Part shown: one piece after another, positions 24,441-37,423 of the stretch
How the letters are laid out: each line of letters opens with the position of its first letter
How positions within the stretch are numbered: position 1 is the first letter of the stretch
Assembly: GCA_964016885.1 (NCBI GenBank)
Contig: OZ024740.1
Location: 47,678,001 to 47,742,000 of the forward strand
Length of the DNA stretch: 64,000 nucleotides
Origin: Eledone cirrhosa
Taxonomy: Eukaryota
Direction: 5' to 3'
Made by a program: the position numbers and the translations under genes
The notes under the pieces: generated by a model
Databases searched by the model: none
Told to the model about the DNA's origin: nothing
The model's input: the letters and a program-made list of their open reading frames with translations, nothing else

Positions 24441-26541
24441 AGGTTTCGCTTTGTACATATATTGTTGCGTGTGTTTGGATTTATGTACCATAACTAAAAG
24501 GTTCATCAAAAAGAGATCTTATAAAACAAAGTACCAGTCTAATGACTGAAACAAGTAAAAGAACAAAATGTAACACACCTTCAAGGACCTCCCACATTAC
24601 AGACCTGCCAACCCTCTAAAAACCCAAATGGGGAGTACCATGAAAAAAAGTGCCCCAAAATGGGAAGATTTTACATAATGAAAGGTATACACATTTTCAC
24701 AAGAGAAGACATCTCTCACCCACCTCAAACCTGTATATTGTGGAAAACTGGTCCTATGCATTCAAATTTGAAAACGCCAACGTACGAAGTTTCTAGAAAC
24801 CCTTATGGTAAGGAAAATGCAATTTCTGCCTTAAAAATCAAATCTTATGAATTTGTAAACAAAGACGACGGTGGACTGACTTTAAGGTTTTTCTCTCTTA
24901 AATTTCCAGTTCAAATTTCGCCAAGGTCAACTTTACCTTTCACCCTTCAGGGATCAATAAAATAAAGTGCCAATAAAGTATAGGGGTCGAATTGTTGACC
25001 TTGTATGTATGTATGGACCCGTAACTCCTAATGGAGTCGTAGGGGCGCCGTCATGATATACGGCGTAAATTGGGCACATTAAACTTGGAAAAGTCCATCA
25101 CTTCTTCTGGTGTAAACATGAATTTCTTCACACGGAGAAAGAGATATTGAGAAAAAATCGACCCCATTACTGGACCGGTATTTTTTTATTTATTTATTAT
25201 TATAATTCTTTTTTTTTTCTTTTTTCTTTTGCTGACTTCGAAAGGGCGAAAGTGCCAAAAGTTTAAAATTATTTCTTGTGCAATTAGAATTCGCTACAGA
25301 CGGTTGCCGCCGGTTATTCTTTCACAGTCACGTTTTGCACGTGCACCTAAAGAATTTCCTATGAAGACCAATAGAAAACAAGATTAATTAAATAATATGA
25401 ATAATCTAATACATATATATAGTAATAATTTATAACTTTACTATTTAACAACGATAGCGATCAGGCGTTATTATAAATTCATTACTCACATTTATACGGA
25501 ACGGCTCTATCTGAGCTTGTATTCTTAACAATGACAAAGAGGTAGGAAAATCCTTTTATTAATTTTCAATATTTAATTATCAAAATTGAATATATCCAAT
25601 AGAACTAAGAAGCTTTAATGTTCTATGGTAACAAGGAAAAAATCTACATATTGCTGTCCAACAAGTTTGCTATTTCTTCTAGAAAACAACATTAATATTT
25701 GATTTCAGATTAGAATACTATGAGACTGTAATCTTTTGAATAAAGGAATCAAATTTCTGGAGATTAAAATAACTGAAAATATACGATAGACATAGAAATA
25801 AAAATTACACTTTGTATATATTACTTGAAAAATTAGAAGCTTATAATAAATGCATTAGAAGCTTATAATAAATACACACATTAAGCAGAGTCAAACTCCT
25901 GAGAGAAAGATCTTTATTAATTATAAGATTTTGTAACAAGATAGTTCTCGAAATGATAACCGCGGGGTAATATGTAAACGTCTGATGAACTTAAAGATTC
26001 TGGTGAAACTAAATTCCCTTACGCGGTTAATACCATTCTTGGAAGCATGGTTGCTACATTTGCGGCTAAATGAGAGATTTGATATGAATAGTGATGCATA
26101 ATGTTATTGAATTAGTCACCTCACTGATCTGAGTTTATATTTCATACAAGTCTACCCTCATTTGCTTTTAACCCTTTCTTGCAAGGATCACTACCAATAA
26201 AATAATAGAGCAGATTGAACATGCAATATACCCTTCCGTCAAAGAATATTTTGTCAAAAGAAATCCTTTTTGTTATATTTTTTCATTACAATAAATTCGG
26301 AAGATTAACATACGTTTATATAAAGTCAAAAGACTGTTTAATACTGTTCTCAACAATAGATGTTTAACTCCACGTCATCCTTGGTTGAGCGGACCTAAAA
26401 GCATTCCAGCTGTGACCATACTGTCTTTTTCAGATGGGTGTTTAGGCTATGATTAACTTAAGTAATGCATGTTCTTCTCTTTTTAAAAGATTATGCTGCT
26501 AAGACAGCATCAGTTTTAACTAGAAATTAAAATTTCTAAAC

Positions 26542-26577
<36 letters not shown>

Positions 26578-28427
26578 CACGTATCTCAAATTATTCTTTA
26601 GACTGTAACATTCGCTGTTGATATTTAGCCCCAGGTCATTCTTGATTGAGTAGACCCCATGATTAAAGGCGTGACTCGTAATTTTTTCAGACAAAGCGTA
26701 AATGTGACGTTTACTCCAATGTGCATCTTTTTTAAAGATGGTAGGGCGTGACTTGAAAGTATTGTAAGAGAATTGAAAGTATCTCTCGAACGTAAGTTGT
26801 CCCAAATTCTGTTTCAGTTTATCCTGCTCTGCATCAGGAACTGACAAACCCAGCTCCCAGTTGGAATTAGTCCATGTGGGAAAGATGTTACTCGATAGAG
26901 GGGAGCAAGCATAGATGGAAATTTTCAATATATGATATCAATACCTATGTCGGTAGCCTTTGAAAAAAATGATTGTTTCATTATTCTCTTATAAATTTGT
27001 GTATAAAAATCAATAGTTATATCGGTGAACTCCGCATAATGTCTCGTTGACATAAGTCTTGTAACATTTTGTTTCTCGATTATAGCTATTTCACTTTGCT
27101 AATGACTGAGAATAATATGATGGTCGCGCACACACTTTCCTTCCAAATAAATTCGAGACCTTCTGCTTAACTAATCAATATTTAGGTCAAATAAGAACCG
27201 CCCAGAATATATACTTTTGCAGTCTGGACTAATCAATATCAGACAGAATCTCTTTTTTTTTCCCCTTTCTTTCCTCGGAAAATCCAAAAGCACCTGAACA
27301 AATTTTAAAATGTACAGGAGGCAAAATGCTAACAAAGGACCAAATCGATATGATTTCCGCATACAAACAAACGCGTTTCTTATTAACTAGTCAAATCTAC
27401 TCTAGTAATTGCTTGGTTGCTGCTGCTCTAATTTTACTTGTGGTGGAGTTGATTTGGTCTTTATGATCGATATTCACTGACCGGATGCCAGTAAATAATA
27501 AGCTCGTATAGCTTTAGTTAAGCTATATGCTAAATTACAAACTGGGGTTTGTTGAATTATTATTTATTGGATGACAAATGTAAGAAAGAGCTATCCAGTC
27601 ATGAGGCTCAGGCCTTATCCGCCTCACCGGACGTCCGTTTTTTGCTGGCCAGTTCAATAAGTCCGCATTAAAGGAACACCGTCAATAGTACGTCTTTTAC
27701 AACTTCGCGAGCAATGTCTTAATCATTACATAGCATACCGTTAGCTCCAAACTTTCACAAGGTTTGGAACATGTGGAGCATTCCTACTTTGTCCAGTGTT
27801 GCGGCTGCGGCAGCAAAATGATTATTTGTCTCGTGACAACTGGGATACGCTCTGGCTTAGATAATTGTAGAATTACTTGACATACTGAAACCGTAATACG
27901 GTTTCTGTTTCTAGTAGTGGCTATTTCACTTGGTGTGAACCTCACTTTATATATAACTAATGGTCCTCATATATTTCTCGTATCAGTGGTAAGAAACTCT
28001 AAGGAGAGCTGGACAGCAGGTCTTCAGAGAAGAACCCCCCCCCCCCTCCACACACACACATCAAGCGTTTCGCTACCTATTCGAAGAATGCAACGGAAAA
28101 CCACTCCAGTGTACCTTTTTTTTATGTCACTATTGTAGTCAAAGTGAGCTATGTCTACGATTGCGGCCGAATGTACATGGACTTATGGTTAAGGAGTTAG
28201 TTCTGTAATTGTGTAGTTCCGGATTCATCTTGCTGTGCTCCACCCTAGAAAATGCATCTAGCTACAACATTGAGTGAAATTTAGTAGGTGAAAATTGTTT
28301 TAAGGTGGTAGTCTTAATGTCAACCGGTTTAACACCACCGCATAGCCCTTGGGTGCCTTTAACAGAGTTTGCTCTAGTGTAAGTATTATCCAGTGTAAGG
28401 ATAACCCCATTAGTTTGACCATTTCTC

Positions 28428-28710
28428 CAGAGGCGTAACTAGAGTATGCAAAGCATGGCACATGCCATGGGCACCACTTGGACAAGGAACACGTTCTATT
28501 AAAGTTAAATAAGCCTCGTCGGGGAGTGAAAAAAGAAACTCCTTCAGATGTATGATCTCTCTCTCTGATTATCATGGCTGAGAACACTATGGTGGCTGGA
28601 TCATTAAACCATTTATATAAATTATTAGGCTCATAGGTACAAATAGAGTGCTGGGAAGGGGCACAATTTCACTGCTTGCCATAGGCGCTATTTTCTCTAG
28701 TTAGCCTCTG
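28428..28710. mobile_element. hAT-type MITE
   Basis: TIRs CAGAGGCGTAACTAGAG / CTCTAGTTAGCCTCTG; 8-bp TSD CATTTCTC / CTTTTCTC (7 of 8 match). Confidence 0.75.
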
Positions 28711-29562
28711 CTTTTCTCCCACCAGTTTTGGAGGCTTTGCAACAACAAAATAAGTCTATGCGTACTGCTTTGAATAATTCGAAATATTATATTCGTGACT
28801 GTTGTTTGATGCACTTACAATAATGCAACTAGTACCACATTAAATGTTGACTACATTTGGCATTTTTGATACTCAACTTCATAATATATTTTTCCGTAAA
28901 TATATATCATGAAATATAGTATAAATATAGCAGTATTCGCTGCTAGTAATTAGTATTGGCTGCTTGACTGTTGTCCTAAATATAGAATTGAATAAAATGT
29001 TGTTTTGAGAACAAAAGAATGAGAATGTTTTCCTAGAATGAGACCTTTAGGTTTGATGCTAGTAAGTTGTGTAATCTCTCCAGTGTGTAAAATCTAAAGC
29101 TATTTACAACTACTTCTGTTCTAGAGATTTTGTCAAATGAAGTTTTGTTAATATCACGTTTATACTGTTACTGTTATAAAAATAAGATTATATCATCACA
29201 TACATACGCTAACTGACATGATCTTTCATTTAATATTAAACTGTAACCATCACATAACCTTGCTATAACCTCTATCACATTGAATAATATTTACGTGGTT
29301 CTTCGATCTGTTAAAGATTACAGCCAAATCAATCTTATATCACATTGCAGTCATTGAATGATGCCTTCTGTTATAAACTGTTTGAAAAAAGGCTTTGATC
29401 ATAGGTCTGCTCAGTCATGGCTTTCTTGTGGTTAAACCATTTCACAATTTCAGAGTATTAGACACCTGTTCCAGTTTGACAACTTCTAAACCAATCTGGC
29501 TGAAAGATTCCTCTCTTAATTCCTCCAAAATAATCTTTACACGTTGTTATAACTTTTTAAGT

Positions 29563-29785
29563 GAAGGTGCATGGCTTAGTGGTTAGTGTTGGCTCGCAAT
29601 CGTAAAGTTGGGATATCACTAGCAACAAATTGTATCGGTCTTTCCCTTGGACTATATCGGTGGAATGGAGATGGAATTGCTAGTATGTATGGGCGACTGC
29701 TAGTCTTCTACAAAAATAGTCTTCCCGGGGTTTGTACCTCAGAGAAGAACTTCTATGTGTAAACCCATGGTCAGTCAGACCGACG
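29563..29785 (+). mobile_element. tRNA-head SINE (other family, internally deleted)
   Basis: GAAGGTGCATGGCTTAGTGGTTAG head shared with family B, followed by a different body. Confidence 0.5.
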
Positions 29786-30342
29786 ATAATTCTTGAAAAA
29801 CTGATTTTTGCTTATCTCTCCTTTTGTATTAAGAATACTTACGAAGCCCTATCTTTTAATTCATTATTTGTAACTTTAGTATTGACAGCTCTCTTTACCC
29901 GTATCTATGCTCTGATTTATATATTAACTGAGTCGTTCATACTAATCGGCGACAATCTCCAACCAGCTATTCGATTCACAAAATATTTTTTTTTACCCTG
30001 ATATAAGTCCAGGGATTATTACTAAATCTGTTTCACTCACCATAGTCGCATCATCACAAATTTCACTGCGCCGTCTGTAGCACTCGGGTCATTTCAAATC
30101 AGACCTCCAGCAACTTCACATAATTCATAACTATAAAATATTTAGCATAGTTCTTTCTCTGCACCCATATTCCTACAGAATTGGTTAACTAATCTTTAGT
30201 GGGTGTTTATTGTAGTAAACTATTAAAACAAAGCAAGTTATGATGACCTACCATCATCATTTTTATTCTTCCCCTCTGTTAATTTCTCAATGTTAGGCAC
30301 TCTCCTTAGATGGGGAAACTTGTAACAGTATTTGTCTATAGT

Positions 30343-30640
30343 GAAGGCGTGTGGCTTAATGTTTAAGGTGTTCATCTAATGATCGTATAGTCGAGCGTTC
30401 GACTCACAGCGGCTCCTTGTCATTAAAACAATTTATCTTTCACGTTGTTTCAGTCCATTCAGCTGTAAAAAAAATGAGTTTTACAGCTGAATGGACTGAA
30501 ACAACGTTTCACACACTGTATCGCGCTGAATATCCTTGAAAATTGTTTTATGGGTACAGCCACGTGCACATTAATTTCACGAGCAGGTTATTCCGTTGTT
30601 CGAACAACTGGAATACTTCCTCGTCGGAACTGGAAGAGGT
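30343..30640 (+). mobile_element. Degenerate tRNA-head SINE with an internal 29-bp inverted duplication
   Basis: GAAGGCGTGTGGCTTAATG head, GTTCGACTC B-box and CORE-like TTTCACGTTGTTTCAGTCCATTCAGCTG. Confidence 0.55.
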
Positions 30641-31347
30641 TCAACAACTCGTCCATAAAAGTGTCGTAGGAAGCGAAGGGACCTACCTTTTCGTCTTCAC
30701 ACTTGTCCGGACTGAATCTTCCTGCGCGAATGTTCATTTATTTTACGTCCGGCCAAAGAATATGGCAAGCCTTACACACTCAATCATAGCAACCCTGAAC
30801 ACGCACGTCGCACTTCTTTCAGACAAAAGAGAAGCCGAAAGGTCCCTCGCTTCCAGCAAGACCTCCCGTGCACTTCCGGCATCCTAGCCCCACAAAAAGT
30901 AACGTCTCTTATTTGACCTCTATGACTACTAGCAACGAAATATTTTAGATGGTGGTGTAAACTATAAACGAAAATCTACATCTACTTAAATCTTTTTTTA
31001 TAATCAATGACACCAGTACAGATTCTAAAGTGTTCAATGTCAGGGTCGCCTACTTTCCTGGATTGCTCATCAATGTGTTTGTTTAATTCGTATAATATAT
31101 CACAGCTATGACTATATATGTGCACTAACTTCAGTAGATAGGCTGTTACGTTCTCTGTTTTTTTTGTTTTTTTTACCGTCAGCAATGTAAATAAATGGAA
31201 ACCAAATCCGGATATTAAGAAATGAAAGGCCTTCAAAGGCAATTGAATCTGGGTTGTAGGCAAAGTTCAGTCAAGACCAACTTTGTTCCACAGTAATTAC
31301 AACACTGAATATTGATTCCAAATGTTATCTGTAACGTTCTTTCCAGA

Positions 31348-31509
31348 ATGACGCTGCTACAGGATGTAGATGACCTTATCAACCACCAAAGTAACGATGA
31401 TTGCCACAATTTCCCAACTCTTATAAATAGCGATACTATTGGGCGTCGTTTGTCATATGACAGTAAGAACATTCAACCTGTACGTGAGATGATCCGTCAA
31501 AGAGAAATG
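31348..31509 (+). CDS. Gene 3 first identified coding exon (MTLLQDVDD...PVREMIRQREM)
   Basis: TTCTTTCCAG acceptor at 31346, ATG at 31348, phase-0 GTAATA donor; upstream exon(s) not resolved. Confidence 0.65.
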
Positions 31510-31854
31510 GTAATATTTTCTTATTTTAGAAATAAAGTTTACAACACTCTGTATTGTAGTTGCGAGTGGTTTAGTGGTTAAGTTCTTGGGTAAATACGTG
31601 AAGTATCTCAGTGAGTCGAGAATTGCTATGATGTCTTATATAGTCGATGAAACCATTTGTTGTAGTGATGGTGTGATATTGCCGCTAAATTAATATTTTT
31701 ATAGTTTTGACACAGTTTATGACAAAGCCACGAGTGAATGAGAAACATTGAAGGAATAAAAGGTGTTCTGTGGATAGTATGGTGAAACGACGTGCAGTTA
31801 GTATCGTTGTTAAAATGTGTTTGAAATGAATGCAGAAATTCTGAATGAACTAAC

Positions 31855-33648
31855 TGTAGCTGGAGGCATTCGGACTTACCTTGTGTCTTTCTATCACGTC
31901 GACACACGACCCGTCTCGTTGCAGTGCCAACAGCCAAGAGAAGGCTGTCCACCGTCTGGTCCCTCGTGTCGCCCCGTCCTCCTGCTTCCGGTCAGGCGTC
32001 CCCCTGTTTCCAGCAACCCCCCCCCCCCTCTGATCTCGAGGATCAATCCCCCCATCACATTCCGCCATCCGCCTAGGTTGGCGGCGGCTCCGTTGCGATC
32101 TCCGCACTGTTGGGGCGGCACTTTCGTTTTCCTCTTCCTCGGAGTCCGTCACAATAATGATTCTACGGATGTCCAAGACGTGACGTGGCATTCCGTCCAC
32201 AGACATGTTGTTTTGGGAATTTACGGCGGTTACCATTCCCTTTCCTCATTGAGATGTGCAACACGCGTTCGGGGGCTTGATCCATACCTCTTCGCCCACT
32301 CGTACGAATGCGCTCTCTCTCTCCACCGGCTGCTGTGGTACCGTGCACGGGTGTCGCAATACGTATCTATATATTGCCCTGTGCAGCACCGACTTCTCGG
32401 CCTGTCCCACCCGAGGAGATATGTTGTACCAGAACACTGCCTCCATTGGAAAAATGTGCCCCCTTTCCGCCATGATTTTGATCGTGCGATGGTGTCTCTC
32501 CACAATGCCATTTCCGCTTGGCCTGTATGCCGCTCTGAAAAAGCGGTTCACCTTCCACTTGTCAAGCATTTCCCTCGGCGCCTCCGAGCGAAACGTCGTG
32601 CTGTTCATCAGCAGTTCATCTACAGGACCCCGCTCCAAGAATCTCTCTCAGCGCCCGCGCGATTTCCTCCGCAGTCCTTATCTTCATTTCCCTCTATATC
32701 GCCATCCGTCCTGACCCACAATCGAAAGATACGTTCCTTGTCAGTAGTGTGTCACGTCCACCGTTAATCGCTTCCAGTTGTGCTCCACCGGCATGCTGCC
32801 TGTCTCGTGCACACTCGGGCACACCTCGTACACACTGCCGCTATCCCCTTCTCTGCGTCCTCTGTTAGAGCTTCACGGAGATTTCGTCGGGGAATCCGTT
32901 CATAAAGGCACATTCGCGTTCTACCGCGAATCCGGCCAACGCAGCCAACCGCCGTAACTCCGTCGCGAAAACGTCCACGAGCTCTCCCTTCCATCTCGCT
33001 CTGCCTAGCTTGGAAAAAGCAGCATACGGCTCCTCTGTGAAAGCTTCCTTAAGTCTATGCCCTATTTTCTCCGCGTTCTGTTGATCTCTCTCGTCCATCT
33101 CGAGGTACAATGCCAGTTCATCTCCGTCGAGATACAGAGCGATCAAACCAGCAACGTTGTCAATGCCTTGCAGCGAGGCAACCAATGTAACTTTTCTCAA
33201 TCAGGTCGCATCTCCCTCGCCGTTAAAAACCTTGATCGCCTCGTTATTCAATCTCAGTTTCGCCGCCATCTCCCCTGCGAGATCGGAAAAAGTCAACCAC
33301 GATACCCCACGAAAATGAAAAAAAAAAAAGGTAAACTAAAAGGTTGCTGGGAATAAGTGTCGAAAGATGGGAAAATTCATTAAATGCCGAAATAGCTTGT
33401 AGCCGGAGGCATTCGGACTTACTTTGCGTCTTTCTATCACTCGTTCCACCGTCCATGTGGGGTACTTCCACTAGCGTCTATCTCCACACGACCCGTCTCG
33501 TTGCAGTGCCAACAGCCAAGAGAGGGCTGTCCACCACCTGGTCCTTCGTGTCTCTCCCTATCCTCCTGCTTCCGGTCAGGCGTCCCCCAACTTCCGGCAA
33601 TCCCACGGCAGCTTTACACACCCCCCTCTATCTCACGGCAGCCCCACA
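31855..33648 (-). mobile_element. Internally deleted Ty3/Gypsy LTR retrotransposon (LTRs 31855-32017 and 33398-33648)
   Basis: Direct-repeat LTRs, TG..CA ends, 5-bp TSD CTAAC (31850-54, 33649-53), G-run PPT at 32018-32031, gag-like ORF 32865-33200 and integrase C-half (YRPSGNGIVERHHRTIK) at 32246-32638. No PR/RT/RH. Confidence 0.92.
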
Positions 33649-33725
33649 CTAACCTTCAATGATATTTAGTAGGTCTGTAGCGGTATTTTAATTTTTAGAT
33701 TATTTGCTGATCAAATGTATGTAGT

Positions 33726-33970
33726 TTTAACGAAGGGTATATAAATAAGAAAATAGTTAGAATGATTTAACACAGTTATTAGTTAGAAATCCTTAAATGG
33801 TATTAACAAGATTATTAGATGAAATAAGAATATTAAGAATAAATGATTTGGTTTATATATGGTTTACTTCACGTGAATCATATAAAAAGTACAATAAATT
33901 ATTCTTAATATTCTTATTTCATCTAATAATCTTGTTAATACCTTCGTTAAATTGGTGACCCCGACGTGAT
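33726..33970 (+). mobile_element. Short LTR-like segment followed by a tRNA-Trp primer-binding site
   Basis: TGGTGACCCCGACGTGAT (33953-33970) is complementary to the 3' end of eukaryotic tRNA-Trp; terminal inverted TTTAACGAAGG/CCTTCGTTAAA. Confidence 0.6.
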
Positions 33971-33972
33971 CA

Positions 33973-34937
33973 TGTATTTCGAACTGTTGTGTATGGATGG
34001 GTGTTACGGTATTGGATTATGATATAACACAGGACTATTTCTCTCGATGTATCATCATACGTAAGATTCTTTTCCGGTGAGTCGAGGTTTACGCTATGAC
34101 ATGAGTGTGTGCAATTTTGAGTTGCGTGCTCAGTGATTCGAGCGAATAGTAACCGTGGGTTGATTATCATGTGTTAAATTGCCGAACTTCGACCAGTTGA
34201 ATCTCGATGTATTTCTGTAGACCACTGGGGTCTGTTGATAGCGGTGAATCGTTACATAGCTTGTTATAATTCGTAGTGCTCCGATGTCTCTGTGTTTCTG
34301 TAGACCTCAAGGGCTTGAAGGTAGCGGTGAATCTTTACATAGTTAGTTGCTAGCGTAATGCTCCGATCTTTCTGTTCAAGGTGGGAAAATATAGGCTTTA
34401 TATACCTGTCACTTTCTGCCTCCCACCTTTCGGGGATAGCCAACGCATCAACCTGTTCACACCAAAAGGGTGGTGACCTAGAATTTGACCTTTAGGTGTC
34501 ACCCAAGGTTCAAGGCGTGGACAGATCTTGCTATATAGTTGTATTGTTGATTTGTTTGGGTCAGTTTGTTCATTGTCTCAGTGAGTCGAGATGTATGGTT
34601 GCCATAGTCAGTAGAGGATGGACAATAGATCAAGTCTCTCCGCTTAGATTCTCTACAGATCAGGTTGGCAACGGGCCGGTGCATTAATCTCTCTGAAAAA
34701 TGTCTGTAGTAGTCTACCAGCACTTCAGATTTTCTTATAAAAGGTCCCTCTTGAAATGCACTAAATTGAAATATGGTACCAGATCACACAAGTTTTGGTG
34801 AGTGGCTATTGTCCTCAGACAAAGGGAAATTTTTATCTGTTGGTCAATTCACTAAGGTTACTCATAGGTCAGTGTGCTGATAGTGTCATTGTTTCTTAAA
34901 CAAAGGAATTTTTCCTCTGGTGTTGGATTTCGCTACA
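33973..34937 (-). mobile_element. Solo-LTR-like segment
   Basis: TGTA...TACA ends, - strand TATATAAAG near 34400, internal ~87-bp tandem duplication (34203-34368). No TSD found. Confidence 0.35.
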
Positions 34938-35199
34938 TATATATATATGTAATGTAGGATTAAGCTAGTTGCAAGAACAGCATGTTTCAGGATCTTGTCC
35001 TAGGTATTTTATATTTATACTATATTAGTACTGCCTTTAACCTTTATATCACTTTTTTAAAATAATTTAGGGGCATTTCTAATAAATGTTACATACCCTG
35101 CACTAAGCTGTGTATATATTGACCAAATGATATAACATTGAAGGATACTTTCAAGGATTCCGTTCATGGAATTAATGGAGTATCAATATTACATGTGGA

Positions 35200-36060
35200 T
35201 GACGCTTGGTTGGGGAAGGCTGGAAAAATGAAGTGTGGTCTGATCAGCATAAGAGAGGGCATTGTTGGGCGTGTTGGCTACTAGGTTATTGATGTAAAGA
35301 AAGAAGAGTATGAGATGGGCGACTGATCCCTGGGTTACACAAAAATTAATAGTATAGGACAGAGAACACTGTTAGAACACGTGATCTGATAAGAAACTAT
35401 CGATAGTATCAATTTTTCTTTGTTCTGTAAAATCAAAGATTGTAAAATGACTTTATAAAAGCTATCGCAATGTTATTAAACCTTCCTATAGATCAGGATC
35501 TATAGTTTAAGCCGTTTCTAGACTTTCATGGTACGTTACTCTCTATCTCTCTCTCTGAATATCTACTTTAATTGTATCTCTCTCTCTCTCTTGAGATGTG
35601 TGTGTGTATAGTTTTCGTGTGATTCAACCAACCAATAAACATCTCTCTTTTATATATATATAGATTACGGAGAGAAAGATTTAGTGTTAGAGAACGTCAT
35701 TACTAACAGCTGTCTCCATTACGTTTAAGATATTTGGAGTGGACGATAACTAGAAAGATCAACAAGGTCAGAGGAGTTGCCCTTCTTGGGAATGAAACAC
35801 AGTTTAGCGTATTTCCAAAGATCTGGGTATATTGATGTTGGGAAAGAGAGACTGAAAGGTTTGGTCAGTATAAGGGCTAGCTCTGTGCACATTATAAAAA
35901 GGGCGATGGAAGCAATATTGTCAGGGCTTGTAGCATTGGTGATTTGAAGCGACCAGAGATATTTTGGCACTTGATGCATCTAGTGGGGTGAAACAGGATA
36001 TATTTGGAAATTTACAAGATGTGTGCATTGTGGAACTGGTTGCAAAGGTAGCGGCTTTCT
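35200..36060 (-). mobile_element. Degenerate non-LTR (Jockey/CR1-group) RT fragments
   Basis: SPDNI..ELALIL...PDLWKYA..IPKKG..YRP (35725-35979) and VTQGSV...LYINNL...YADQ (about 35235-35345). Confidence 0.65.
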
Positions 36061-36363
36061 TTTTTTCCGAAGTACTGCTCATAATTGAGAAGTGAAGAAA
36101 AAGATGATTGTGAAGTTAGACATCTTTTTGACAATTAAAATTAACCAGTCAAAGTTGCACTAAATGAGCCTTCACCAGTAACAATTTGTTTATAAAATCT
36201 ATAAAATGTCTTTCATAGTTCAGTACTTCGGTGTTAGTAAGTGCACGCTGACAATATGGAAGGACATTGAAATTCATCAGTCACTCCTACCCTGGCTGCT
36301 AAAGTAGATATGACATATTCATAGCATAAATACAGTGCAACTAGATGTATTTTTATTATGTGA

Positions 36364-36512
36364 GGGTGGTGGATTGGCAGAATCGATAGAGCATCGGACA
36401 TGCTTCGTGGCATAGATACAGCCCTTTACGTTCCAGTAATGCACTGGGTCGATTTAATCGACTTTCCCTTCTCCCCAAAATTGTTGGCCTTGTGCTTAAT
36501 TCAGAAACCATT
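36364..36512 (+). mobile_element. SINE family A (internally deleted)
   Basis: Head and tail match the other family A copies. Confidence 0.7.
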
Positions 36513-36648
36513 GTATGTAAACATTTTATATATGACTTCATATACGCCTTTATTTTGAACCACGCTGTGTTGGTGTTATCGTTAGCTTGTCTTAATGTTT
36601 GTGTTTTGTATAAAAGTCAGTGTGTCAAAAATTACTTTCACTTTCCAG

Positions 36649-36663
36649 ACCGCCCGTCTTGAC
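36649..36663 (+). CDS. Gene 3 candidate 15-nt microexon (TARLD)
   Basis: TTACTTTCACTTTCCAG acceptor, GTATGC donor, phase 0-0, in frame between exons 31348 and 39352. Confidence 0.5.
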
Positions 36664-37423
36664 GTATGCCCACATATATACACACAAACATATATATACG
36701 TCTAAACCCATGCTTGCGTGGAAGATAGACGTTAAACGATGATGATGACACAAACATATATATATACAAACACACATATATATATACATACAGACACACA
36801 TATCTATACACACCCACACATATATATATATATTAAGAAATCCATACAATTTCGTGTGTATCGTAACTTTCAATTTTGAGACCTGTTGTAAGAAAAAAAA
36901 AAAAAAAAAAAAAATTCAGTGTCCATGTCTGGATAAAAATAAATACATTCAGACACGCACAAATATATTAATAGATTAATATGTATTAATTTGTCTGTGC
37001 TTCTCATTTACGGTGTGTGTGTGCTTTAGATAATAATTAATTAATTCAGTATTATTTTATTGTATCTCTTTATCCCTTTCAATATTAACGTGCCTTAACT
37101 GCTCCTGGTTTTTTAATTTAGACACTTACATAAGAACTTTCTTGTCATGCTCTTAACAACAACTTAATGAAAAAGTTATTTATTAAAATACTTAATTTTT
37201 TTTTCTTTTTTCAAAATTCGTTGAAACACACTGTGCTCATGAAAGGGTTATAGTTAGGTGAACTGATTCAATTTTCTGTGAAATCAACTTACATTAATTG
37301 CAGTCTTCCAAAATGTGTTGTAGTCTAACAAATAAAAACATTGAATTCCCAAATCCTTTGTTGTTGCTATGATTTGAGAAATAATCAGGAGAAATCCAAT
37401 AAAATTTAATGTCTGTTCTATGT

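Noticed and set aside
25982-26015. CTGATGA...GAAAC hammerhead candidate
   Set aside because: Stem II is weak and there is no stem III, cleavage triplet or stem I pairing.
31817-32767. 316-aa + strand ORF
   Set aside because: Antisense shadow of the GC-rich Gypsy LTR/integrase region; no recognisable motifs.
36634-36646. IRF/ISRE-like motif ACTTTCACTTTCC
   Set aside because: Better explained as the polypyrimidine tract of the microexon acceptor.
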